Assembly (NCBI GenBank): GCA_026986375.1 | Contig: JALSOQ010000010.1 | Location: 26,998-90,997, forward strand | DNA: 64,000 bases | Reading direction: 5' to 3' | DNA from: Archaeoglobaceae archaeon | GTDB lineage: Archaea > Halobacteriota > Archaeoglobi > Archaeoglobales > Archaeoglobaceae | Shown: piece after piece, positions 55,981 through 64,000 of the stretch | Layout of the letters: every line of letters starts with the position of its first letter | Position numbering within the stretch: the stretch's first letter is position 1 | Notes under the pieces: generated by a model | Database searches by the model: none | Seen by the model: the letters and a program-made list of their open reading frames with translations, nothing else | Told to the model about the DNA's origin: nothing | Program-made: the position numbers and the translations under genes

Positions 55981-57446
55981 TGGTTTTGAAGAAGATAGAG
56001 ATAAACCCTATTACGAGGCTCGAAGGTCACGGTAAGATAGCGATATTTCTGGACGATTCCGGAAACGTTGCGGAAGCTTTCTTCCAAGTTGTGGAGCTCA
56101 GAGGTTTCGAGAGATTTCTCGTGGGAATACCCATAGAGGAGGTTCCGAGGACCGTATCCACGATATGCGGGGTATGTAGAGCGGTCCATCACACTGCCGC
56201 AACCAAAGCTTCGGACGAGATATACGGAGTCGAGCCGACCGAGACCGCTAAAAAGATCAGGGAGCTCTTCATAAACGCCCACTACGTTGAAGATCATGCT
56301 GTGATACTCTACGCCTTGGGACTGCCGGACTTCGTCGTGGGGCCGGAGGCGGATCCGGCTGAGAGAAACATAGTGGGACTCGTTAAGAAGGTCGGAGTCG
56401 ATGTGGCCAAGGAAGTTCTGAGGAGGAGAAGCTACGCGGTGAAGATCCTCGAAATGCTCGGCGGGAAACCGATTCATCCGGTTGCGGGCTTACCGGGCGG
56501 GTGGTCGAAGAGGATTACCGAGGAGGAGAGAGCGGAGATTGAAAAGTTGGCGAAGGAACTCGTAGAGCTTGGAAAGTTCACGGTTCAACTCTTCGAGGAC
56601 GTGATTCTGAAGAACGAGAAATACATGGAGCTGATAACAAGCGACGCTTACAGATCCGTCCTGAACTACATGGGAACCGTCGATGAGAGGGGTCTCGTGA
56701 ACTACTACGACGGAGTTCAGAAGATAATAGACACGAAGGGCAACGAAATAGGAAGGTTCAAGGGCAAGGAATACCTCGAATACATAGCGGAGAGAGTTCT
56801 GCCTTGGAGCTACCTGAAGATGCCGTATTTGAAGAAGATCGGGTGGAAGGGCATAGTCGATGGAGAGGGGACGAGCCTTTACAGCGTAGGTCCTCTGGCG
56901 AGGTTGAACGTTGCTGACGGTATGAACACACCTCTCGCCCAAGAAGCTTACGGGAAGATGTTCGACGTCTTGAAGGAGAGACCTATCCACTACATAATGG
57001 CATACCACTGGGCGAGGGCTATCGAGTTGCTTAACGCCGCTGAGAGAGTTTTGGAGCTCGCGCAGGATCCGGAGATAACGAGTCCGGACGTTAGAGCGGA
57101 GCTGGGTGAGGTTACGGGAGAGGGTGTGGGAATAATCGAGGCCCCGAGGGGAACGCTGATACACCACTACAAGACCGACGACGAGGGAAGGGTGACGGAG
57201 GCGAACCTGATAGTCGCAACGACGCACAACAAGGGACCTATAACGTTGGCGATAAGGAAGGCGGCGAAGCACTTCATAAAGAACGGAAACGTCGATGAGA
57301 GGATATTGAACTACGTCGAGATGGCTTTCAGACCATACGACCTCTGCCTCGCCTGCGCCACCCACATGCTTCCGGGTAGGTTGCCGATAGAGATAGAGAT
57401 ATACGATAGCGAGGGCGAGCTCGTAAAAACTCTCAGAAATTTCTAA
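55977..57446 (+). CDS. mvhA: F420-non-reducing [NiFe]-hydrogenase large subunit (MvhA)
   Basis: N-terminal RLEGHG and ICGVCRAVHH (RxCGxCxxxH-type), and C-terminal DLCLACATH Ni-Fe ligands with a tail of about 26 aa for endopeptidase processing. Confidence 0.9.
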   Translation: MMVLKKIEINPITRLEGHGKIAIFLDDSGNVAEAFFQVVELRGFERFLVGIPIEEVPRTVSTICGVCRAVHHTAATKASDEIYGVEPTETAKKIRELFINAHYVEDHAVILYALGLPDFVVGPEADPAERNIVGLVKKVGVDVAKEVLRRRSYAVKILEMLGGKPIHPVAGLPGGWSKRITEEERAEIEKLAKELVELGKFTVQLFEDVILKNEKYMELITSDAYRSVLNYMGTVDERGLVNYYDGVQKIIDTKGNEIGRFKGKEYLEYIAERVLPWSYLKMPYLKKIGWKGIVDGEGTSLYSVGPLARLNVADGMNTPLAQEAYGKMFDVLKERPIHYIMAYHWARAIELLNAAERVLELAQDPEITSPDVRAELGEVTGEGVGIIEAPRGTLIHHYKTDDEGRVTEANLIVATTHNKGPITLAIRKAAKHFIKNGNVDERILNYVEMAFRPYDLCLACATHMLPGRLPIEIEIYDSEGELVKTLRNF

Positions 57447-57452
57447 CTTTTT

Positions 57453-59108
57453 TTATTCTACTGGTGTTCCTTCCGTTATCTCGCTCAGTTTAAGGTTTAG
57501 AGATGCGAGGGATATTCCGCCCAAAACGACCGTTATCAAGTTCTTTATAGTGTGATCGAGTAAGGATGTTGCGAACGCAACCCCACTACCAACGCCGAAA
57601 GTCGTAAGAATTCCTGTCATTACCGCCTCATAAGTTCCCAGACCTCCGGGGGTTATCGGAATCGCTTTGACGATGTTCGCAACCGATACTGCAAGAATTA
57701 CGACTTCGAAATTCGAAATTCCGAACGCGGAGAGGATGAGGTAGCACACGATAGAGTCTATCAACCATATCGCAAGAGTGGTAATGGCGACCGTTCCGAA
57801 ACCCCTCCTAATTACCGTTCTGGCGTCCCTCGCTATTCTACCCAAAACGTTTTCCATCTTCGCCAATCCGAACAGAACGCCCAAGATTAGGATCAGGAAA
57901 ACCGCCGAATATATGGGAGTAGCTACCAGCCTGTAACTCTCCATCGCGAATACCGCCACGAACGCCAAGATCGTAACGACCATCAGATCGAAAACCCTCT
58001 CCACAGCAAGACCGCTTAAAGATCTTGAAATAGGAACATCCTTCATTTTGAAGACGTAAACCCTCGCAAGATCTCCAACCCTTGCCGGAATAACGACGTT
58101 CGCCATCTGGCTTATGGCGACACCCTCAACGCAGAATCCTAAAGGAACGGAGTGTCCCAGTTTGGATAGAACGTATTCGTATCTGAAGCCCCTAATTACG
58201 AACGACAGAGCGTAAATAACCGACGCCAGAGCTATCAACCTTACGTTTGCCCTTTCGATAATCGAAACGTCGAAACCGCTCCAGAAGGCTAAGAATAGAA
58301 GTATGGCAACTGAAAGCAGTGCGGAAAAAACCATGAACTTCTTTGACCTCTTCGACTCCATCCACATCCTTACTATCTGCGAAAACATGTATAGAACATC
58401 CTTCGTAAACCTAACCTTCGTTTCTCCGCTCTGTCTCCATTTAACCGGTATTTCTTTGACCTTTAAACCTTTCCTCTGAGCCAGAACGAGAATTTCGGTA
58501 TCCCAGAACCAGTGATCGTCTTTAACTTCGTCGAGCAAGCTCAGGATTGAAGATCTCCTGAAAGCCTTAAAACCGCACTGGTGATCTCTAAGCTTCGAAC
58601 CGAGCATCAACCTTACGAGGAAGTTGTATACTTTGGACGCTAAATCCCTCTTAAGAGGTCTCTCTGCACGGCTTTCCTTCATGAGCCTCGATCCAGTAGC
58701 TAAATCGTATCCTTCCTTCGCCACGGCATCTATAAGCTCCTTCAAATGTCTCATGTCCGTTGAAAGGTCTACATCCAAGTAAACCAAAACATCCCCATTG
58801 GAATTCTTGAATGCTCTCGTCAGAGCCCTACCCCTCCCGAGTCTCTTGTCCGAATGAATGTGCTTTACTTTTGGATCCCTTCTTGCAAGCTCCGAAGCTA
58901 TCCTGTCCGTTCCGTCCGTAGAGCCGTCTTCCGCTATCACTATCTCGTAGTCGTATCCGGTTTTGTCCATCCACCTCTTTACTTCTTCAACCGCCTTCTC
59001 TATTCTTTTAGCCTCGTTGAACGCTGGAAGAACCACGGTAACTTTCACAATCCGTTTTGCTGTTCGGAGATATTTAACGATTTGCAAAAGCCTTAACATC
59101 AGGACCAT
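57453..59108 (-). CDS. fusion protein: GT2 glycosyltransferase (dolichyl-phosphate sugar synthase-like) plus a flippase-like UPF0104 membrane domain
   Basis: N-terminal VVLPAFNE...EDGSTDGT...DVDLS GT2 motifs. The C-terminal multi-TM region carries ITPGGLGTYEA, typical of the lysyl-PG synthase TM region family. Confidence 0.75.
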   Translation of the reverse strand: MVLMLRLLQIVKYLRTAKRIVKVTVVLPAFNEAKRIEKAVEEVKRWMDKTGYDYEIVIAEDGSTDGTDRIASELARRDPKVKHIHSDKRLGRGRALTRAFKNSNGDVLVYLDVDLSTDMRHLKELIDAVAKEGYDLATGSRLMKESRAERPLKRDLASKVYNFLVRLMLGSKLRDHQCGFKAFRRSSILSLLDEVKDDHWFWDTEILVLAQRKGLKVKEIPVKWRQSGETKVRFTKDVLYMFSQIVRMWMESKRSKKFMVFSALLSVAILLFLAFWSGFDVSIIERANVRLIALASVIYALSFVIRGFRYEYVLSKLGHSVPLGFCVEGVAISQMANVVIPARVGDLARVYVFKMKDVPISRSLSGLAVERVFDLMVVTILAFVAVFAMESYRLVATPIYSAVFLILILGVLFGLAKMENVLGRIARDARTVIRRGFGTVAITTLAIWLIDSIVCYLILSAFGISNFEVVILAVSVANIVKAIPITPGGLGTYEAVMTGILTTFGVGSGVAFATSLLDHTIKNLITVVLGGISLASLNLKLSEITEGTPVE

Positions 59109-59123
59109 GCAATTTGATAAGAA

Positions 59124-59888
59124 ATGAAGATTGCCATATCCGGAAAGGGAGGGGTCGGAAAGACGACTTTAACGGCCATGCTGGCGTATCTCTTTGCCAA
59201 GGACGGATACAGGGTTACCGCGATAGATTGCGACTCTTCCGTAAATCTACCTTTCGTTTTAGGGATACGGGAGAAGATAACGCCCCTTTCGGAGTTAAGG
59301 GATGAGATTCAGAGGAGGGTCGTAGCCCCAATGGGGATAATAAAGCTTAATCCTAAAGTAGACGACATATTCGAGAAGTATTCCGTGAAGAAGCACGGAA
59401 TAAGAGTTTTGGTTCTGGGAACGATTGAGAAGGGCGGGGAGGGTTGTTTCTGTCCGGAAAACGCTTTTCTTAGGGCAATACTGAGGCACGCTATTTTCAA
59501 GGAGAATGATGTCCTTTTACTCGACATGGATGCCGGTATAGAGCATTTGGGAAGGGGAACCGCCAAGGGTGTCGATTTGTTAATAGCGGTAGTAGAACCG
59601 AGTCTCAGGGCGGTAGAGACTCTAAATCGGATAGAAAAGCTCGCAAGGGATATAGGAATCGATAACATCGCAGTGGTCATCAACAAGTTCTCGGAACGTT
59701 ATAGGAAACTTCTGGACAGAATAGAGCGCCCGATTTTGGGGGTTATACCGTTCGACGAATGTTTTATAAGAGCGGATTTGGAAGGAATACCGCCATTCGA
59801 ATTGGGATGTCAGATGGAAGCGTTTGAGAGGATTAAGGACAGAATAGTTGAGATCATTCGTCGAGCCACCAGTCGTCAACGGCGATGA
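59124..59888 (+). CDS. cooC: CooC-type nickel-insertion ATPase (MinD/ParA superfamily)
   Basis: Deviant Walker A ISGKGGVGKTT and a CxC metal motif (GCFCPEN). Confidence 0.7.
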   Translation: MKIAISGKGGVGKTTLTAMLAYLFAKDGYRVTAIDCDSSVNLPFVLGIREKITPLSELRDEIQRRVVAPMGIIKLNPKVDDIFEKYSVKKHGIRVLVLGTIEKGGEGCFCPENAFLRAILRHAIFKENDVLLLDMDAGIEHLGRGTAKGVDLLIAVVEPSLRAVETLNRIEKLARDIGIDNIAVVINKFSERYRKLLDRIERPILGVIPFDECFIRADLEGIPPFELGCQMEAFERIKDRIVEIIRRATSRQRR

Positions 59889-60036
59889 ACGTCTCGAGTT
59901 CTCTCCATACCTCTTCCTCCATTCTCCTTCTGTCGAACTTGACAACGTTCATGATAATTATTATATACCATCTGAACTTAAACGTTTCGCGCAGTAACGG
60001 TTAAATCGGAGTCCGGAGGAGATCTTTATCACGACC

Positions 60037-60459
60037 ATGCAGGTAAAGATCCGACCATACAAGCCTTCGGACTTCGGAAGACTTAGAGAAATGTATTCGG
60101 ATTCCGAGGAGATTTGCATGGGTATCCCGTCGAGCTACGCCGAAACTTGGATAAGATGTCTATCGGACGGCATTTCGATAATCGCCGAATTAAACGGAAG
60201 GCTCGTGGGTCATGCGGTGGTTACTCCGTTGAACGGAAAGGAGGTTTCCCTTTGCGTTCACGTTAGAAGGGGATTCAGGAGGAGGGGGATAGGTTCTAAG
60301 ATGTTAAGGTATCTGGTGGACGTTTGCAGGAAGTGGGGATACGAAAGGATAAGGATAGTTACGGACGAAAAGGCGGTAGGATTCTTCAAAAAAATGGGAT
60401 TCAAAATAGTGAGGGTCGGATACGGTTACGAAATGGTTTTAGATCTGACAAGACTTTAG
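60037..60459 (+). CDS. GNAT family N-acetyltransferase
   Basis: [14 protein letters not shown] acetyl-CoA binding motif; 140 aa. Confidence 0.75.
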   Translation: MQVKIRPYKPSDFGRLREMYSDSEEICMGIPSSYAETWIRCLSDGISIIAELNGRLVGHAVVTPLNGKEVSLCVHVRRGFRRRGIGSKMLRYLVDVCRKWGYERIRIVTDEKAVGFFKKMGFKIVRVGYGYEMVLDLTRL

Positions 60460-61044
60460 GTCGACCTCGACCACCTCTCCCCTCGGCCTAACTTCCTTGA
60501 AAATCTGCCCTTCAAATCTGTAAACTTCCGTTCCTTCCATCAGCCAGCAGTCGGGAGGCAGTCCCGCTTTCATGCACGTCTGGCTTAGGAATTCTTCCGC
60601 ATCGAATCCGAACTCCACCGCAACCTGAGGAAGGAGAAGACCGGAGTAAAATCCCCTCTTAACCATTAAGCCGTGCCTTCCGATTTCAACGTGTTTTGGA
60701 AGTTCTGTCGGCTTTACATTCAGCTTCTCTGGAGGTGTTAGAACTGTAACCTCCACGATTATTTCGTCCATCTCATCCAAAGAGACTGGGGGGAACCTCG
60801 GATCTTCCGTTGCCGCCGCTATTGCGGATTCTATTATGGCTTCGTCCAGCCTCTTTATCGGATACGGAAAGCCTATACAACCTCTCAACTCCCCGTGCTT
60901 GGTTAGGGTGGTAAAAACACCCCTCTTCTGCTCGAAAACTCCGGTAAGTCTGTCCTGAATTACTTTCCCTTCCGCCAAATACATCTCTATCGCCTTCCTC
61001 GCAAGTCTAACGGCAATCGTCCCTTCTTCGAGAGTCAGCAACAT
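60439..61044 (-). CDS. AMMECR1 domain protein
   Basis: LRGCIG motif and DPRFPP motif. The start at MLLTLEEG is preferred. Confidence 0.75.
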   Translation of the reverse strand: MLLTLEEGTIAVRLARKAIEMYLAEGKVIQDRLTGVFEQKRGVFTTLTKHGELRGCIGFPYPIKRLDEAIIESAIAAATEDPRFPPVSLDEMDEIIVEVTVLTPPEKLNVKPTELPKHVEIGRHGLMVKRGFYSGLLLPQVAVEFGFDAEEFLSQTCMKAGLPPDCWLMEGTEVYRFEGQIFKEVRPRGEVVEVDLKSCQI

Positions 61045-61095
61045 ATAATCACAATCGAACGAAACATACAAAACTTTATCCTTCGAACGTGCATC

Positions 61096-61374
61096 GTGCT
61101 CAGGGCGTTGGTGTTCGTAAGCGAGAGGTGTCCATACTGCATTTACTTCAAAAAGGTAATCGAGAAACTGAAGCGGAGATTGCCCGACATAGCTTTCGAG
61201 TTCATCGATGTTGGGAAAAATCCAGAACTTGCAAGGAGATTTGAGGTGGAGATGCTTCCTACTACGATTCTCTTGAAAGGGGATGAGGTAATTGGAGGAA
61301 TTATGGGATACGTTGATGAAAAAACTGCATTGAAGAGTATAACGAAGCAGATCGAAAAATTTAAAATGTCATGA
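61096..61374 (+). CDS. glutaredoxin/thioredoxin-like small redox protein
   Basis: CPYC active site near the N-terminus, PT (cis-Pro) context, 92 aa, GTG start. Confidence 0.7.
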   Translation: MLRALVFVSERCPYCIYFKKVIEKLKRRLPDIAFEFIDVGKNPELARRFEVEMLPTTILLKGDEVIGGIMGYVDEKTALKSITKQIEKFKMS

Positions 61375-61480
61375 TGATGATTGATAGAAGAGGTGGGATC
61401 GAAAAAGTCCACATTATTGTTATTATAATGAGTAAAATTTAAATACAATGTGAGTGCTAATTATCATTAGGTGATTAGGG

Positions 61481-61675
61481 ATGACTAAAATCGTTCACGC
61501 GCAGACTGTCCTTCCAGAGGAAGTTTTGAAGGAATTGAAAAAGAAAACCGGCGAAAGCGCCACCAAGGACGCGTTGGCAAAGGCTGTAGAGCATTACTTA
61601 AAGTGTCCGTATACACACGAAGAACCGCTTGAAAAGAAGCTTGAGGAGGTTTTGAAGAAGAAAAAGAAGACTTAA
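61481..61675 (+). CDS. small ribbon-helix-helix-like protein (hypothetical)
   Basis: 64 aa. Strand-helix-helix pattern (TVLPEEVLKELKKKTGESATKDALAKAVEHYLK) with a Lys-rich tail. Confidence 0.5.
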   Translation: MTKIVHAQTVLPEEVLKELKKKTGESATKDALAKAVEHYLKCPYTHEEPLEKKLEEVLKKKKKT

Positions 61676-61683
61676 CACCTTAA

Positions 61684-61723
61684 TTTTATTTTTTTAATTT
61701 TTATTTTTCGTGAATTTTTTTTT
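61684..61723 (+). terminator. oligo-T tracts, a likely archaeal intrinsic termination region
   Basis: TTTTATTTTTTTAATTTTTATTTTT...TTTTTTTTT runs immediately after the stop at 61675. Confidence 0.4.
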
Positions 61724-61799
61724 AAAAATATTACAGTTAGTAATTTCTAAAAGCCTAAAAATTAGCAATGCTTATATCCCTTACACCTGACGATGGGCC

Positions 61800-63281
61800 A
61801 TGAAAAAAACGATCGAAGAGATCAACCGAAAGATCACCGAAGGATCAGTCTGCGTCGTGACTGCTGAAGAGATGAAGGAGATCGTGGAAGAGCTCGGAGT
61901 TGAGAGAGCGGCGAAGGAGGTGGATGTTGTAACGACCGGAACATTCGGAGCTATGTGTTCTTCCGGCGTTTTCATGAACTTCGGTCATTCGGATCCTCCG
62001 ATAAAGATGCAGAGGGTCTGGCTGAACGACGTCGAAGCTTACACCGGCATAGCGGCGGTTGACGCTTACTTAGGTGTGACCCAGCTTTCCGAAAGCAGGG
62101 GAATGGAATACGGAGGGGCTCACGTCATAGAAGATCTGGTCAGGGGGAAGGATGTAGAGTTGAGGGCGATCTCATACGGAACGGACTGCTATCCGAGGAA
62201 GAAGATAGTCACCGAAATAGCCTTGGAGGACTTGAATCAGGCGGTAATGGTAAATCCCAGAAACGCCTACCAGCGTTACAAAGCTGCGACGAATTCTTCG
62301 GATCGAATACTGAGAACATACATGGGAACACTCCTACCCAACTACGGAAACGTCACCTTCGCCGGATGCGGAGAGATTTCTCCTTTGAACAACGATCCCG
62401 AATACAGGACGATAGGAGTCGGAACGAGGATATTCCTCTGCGGGGCCAAGGGATACGTAATAGGAGAGGGAACCCAGCACGCTCCTCCGTTCGGAACTCT
62501 GATGGTTAAAGGGAACCTCAAGGAGATGAAACCGGAGTTCATGAAGGCCATAGTTATGCCCGGTTACGGAGTAACGATGATGCTCGGCATAGGAATCCCT
62601 ATTCCGATATTAGACGAGGAGATGGCGAAAGCTACCGCTATAAGGGACGAACAGATTATTACGGAGATCATAGACTTCGGAGTTCCGAAGAGGGACAGGC
62701 CGGTCGTTAAAAGGATCAGCTATGCCGAGTTGAAGAGCGGGAGAGTGGAGATAAACGGGGAGGAAGTTAGGGTTTCTCCTCTTTCGAGCTACTACATGGC
62801 GAGGAAGGTTATGGAAGAGTTAAAGAAGATGATAGAGAGGGGAGAGTTCTTCCTAACGATGCCGGTGGAGAGGATTCCTACATCTGGAGTGCTGAAGCCG
62901 ATGAGGCAGAGGGAAGTCAAGTTGGTTAAGAGCGTGATGACCAAAGCTGTCACGATCTCTCCAGAAACGAGCGTGGTTGAAGCTTCAAAGATAATCATCG
63001 AGAAGAACGTGAACCACCTGCCGGTGGTCGATGAGAAGGGTGTTCTGATAGGGATAGTGACATCGTGGGACATAGCGAAGGCGGTAGCCACCGGAAGAAT
63101 CGGGAAGGTGGCGGAGGTCATGACGAGGAAGGTAATAACGGCCATGCCGGATGAGCCGATAGAATCGGCCGCGAGGAAGATGGAGAAGTTCAACATCTCC
63201 GCTCTGCCGGTAGTGGATTCGAGGAGGAGAGTTTTGGGGATGGTCACGAGCGAGGATCTCAGCAGGCTTTTGGCGAGGTGA
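61800..63281 (+). CDS. homocysteine biosynthesis protein (DUF39 domain plus two CBS domains; MA1821-type L-aspartate semialdehyde sulfurtransferase)
   Basis: Large N-terminal DUF39-like domain (VVTTGTFG...), C-terminal tandem CBS, and a NIL-ferredoxin partner gene directly downstream. Confidence 0.8.
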   Translation: MKKTIEEINRKITEGSVCVVTAEEMKEIVEELGVERAAKEVDVVTTGTFGAMCSSGVFMNFGHSDPPIKMQRVWLNDVEAYTGIAAVDAYLGVTQLSESRGMEYGGAHVIEDLVRGKDVELRAISYGTDCYPRKKIVTEIALEDLNQAVMVNPRNAYQRYKAATNSSDRILRTYMGTLLPNYGNVTFAGCGEISPLNNDPEYRTIGVGTRIFLCGAKGYVIGEGTQHAPPFGTLMVKGNLKEMKPEFMKAIVMPGYGVTMMLGIGIPIPILDEEMAKATAIRDEQIITEIIDFGVPKRDRPVVKRISYAELKSGRVEINGEEVRVSPLSSYYMARKVMEELKKMIERGEFFLTMPVERIPTSGVLKPMRQREVKLVKSVMTKAVTISPETSVVEASKIIIEKNVNHLPVVDEKGVLIGIVTSWDIAKAVATGRIGKVAEVMTRKVITAMPDEPIESAARKMEKFNISALPVVDSRRRVLGMVTSEDLSRLLAR

Positions 63282-63709
63282 TTTGGATGTTGCTCCTCCT
63301 CAAGTTCGATTCGAAAACCATCAGAAAGCCGATAATATCCAAAGCTACTCTCGAAACGAACGCTCTAATAAACATACTCAGAGCAAACGTCGGGGCGAGG
63401 AAAGGGGAGATGGTCGTTGAGGTGGACGATTCCAAGGCGAGGGATGTGGAAGAAGTCTTTAGGAGGTTCGGCGTAGAAGTAGTGGAGCTTAGGGAAGGGA
63501 TAGTTAAGGATGAAGGAAGATGCGTTCACTGCGGTCTGTGCACAAGCATATGCCCCGTTGAAGTCTTCGAATTCGACGAAAACTGGAGGGTGGTCGTTAG
63601 GGAAGAGAGGTGCGTTCACTGCGGTGTATGCATCGGTGTTTGCCCCTGCAACGCCCTAAGCCTGCCCGTTAATTCTATCAACAAAGACCTCAAATTTCAC
63701 ACAATATGA
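63278..63709 (+). CDS. NIL domain / 2x[4Fe-4S] ferredoxin protein (MA1822-type partner)
   Basis: N-terminal NIL-like region followed by CVHCGLCTSICP and CVHCGVCIGVCP. Confidence 0.75.
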   Translation: MIWMLLLLKFDSKTIRKPIISKATLETNALINILRANVGARKGEMVVEVDDSKARDVEEVFRRFGVEVVELREGIVKDEGRCVHCGLCTSICPVEVFEFDENWRVVVREERCVHCGVCIGVCPCNALSLPVNSINKDLKFHTI

Positions 63710-64000
63710 GGAGGTTCATCTACTGCGATACGTGTAAGGACGAGACGGTGCACGAGCCGATTAGGGAAGATAAAGGGCTATACAGATGCACGGAATGCGG
63801 AACGGTAACCCAATATCTGCCGGAAAAGGAGGTTACGATCAAGGCGGTGATAAGCACCGGAGGAGTTTCGAGGGTGGGTAGGATTGTTTTGAAGGAAACG
63901 GACAGCGTAGAGGTTGGAGACGAGCTCGTGGTTGAGACGGAAGAGGGATACAGGGTCGGGGAGGTTACCGCCATAGACCTCAAGAGCGGAAAGAGGACGG
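63706..64000 (+). CDS. zinc-ribbon protein, 3'-truncated by the window edge
   Basis: Absent from the track because no stop is reached. The ATG at 63706 makes an ATGA overlap with the previous gene. Translation: MRRFIYCDTCKDETVHEPIREDKGLYRCTECGTVTQYLPEKEVTIKAVIS... Confidence 0.5.
   Translation, partial: MRRFIYCDTCKDETVHEPIREDKGLYRCTECGTVTQYLPEKEVTIKAVISTGGVSRVGRIVLKETDSVEVGDELVVETEEGYRVGEVTAIDLKSGKRT

Noticed and set aside
59854-59952. A 32-codon minus-strand ORF (MNVVKFDRRRMEEEVWRELETFIAVDDWWLDE) downstream of a TATATAATAAT element, overlapping the cooC 3' end.
   Set aside because: It is short, has no clear RBS, and overlaps a confident gene. Nothing in the sequence alone distinguishes it from chance.
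61366-61440. ATGATGATGA at the end of the glutaredoxin-like gene, considered as a C box of another C/D sRNA.
   Set aside because: There is no CTGA D or D' box at the required 10-13 nt spacing, and no second module.
63720-63983. The 87-aa minus-strand ORF at the window end.
   Set aside because: It is a Ser/Thr/Val-rich shadow frame. The plus-strand frame from 63706 encodes a credible zinc-ribbon protein coupled (ATGA) to the upstream gene.

Overview
Densely coding archaeal chromosomal window. Gene content points to a hyperthermophilic Archaeoglobus-type euryarchaeon: an HSR1-like regulator-cdc48-hsp20 operon, hdrACB-mvhDGA, cofGH, egsA, aRF1, cbf5 and C/D box sRNAs. About 75 protein genes can be supported, mostly housekeeping: translation, cofactor (F420, cobamide, siroheme/heme, pterin), lipid and energy metabolism. 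There are two tRNAs, Ser-GGA and Arg-CCU. I saw no rRNA, CRISPR array, transposase or integrase. Five observations stand out. (1) An AT-rich, apparently foreign island at about 30.9-34.8 kb carries five minus-strand genes of unknown function, each with its own AT-rich spacer and GGAGGTG-type ribosome binding site. (2) Inside that island a roughly 270-nt strongly GC-rich block has no credible ORF. Its nested helices favour a minus-strand structured RNA, and I cannot assign it to any family. (3) The island also holds an endonuclease III-type HhH-GPD/[4Fe-4S] glycosylase gene broken into three pieces. An in-frame TAG sits directly before a perfect C-x6-C-x2-C-x5-C cluster motif. (4) A cluster of C/D box sRNAs flanks one gene at 25.99-27.35 kb. 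It includes a three-module tandem array and a tail-to-tail pair whose D boxes abut as CTGATCAG. (5) A 380-codon LAGLIDADG intein interrupts the D2 AAA+ domain of the heat-shock cdc48 gene, and a candidate HSR1 operator lies upstream of the operon. All functional calls rest on motif and family recognition by eye; no searches were run.
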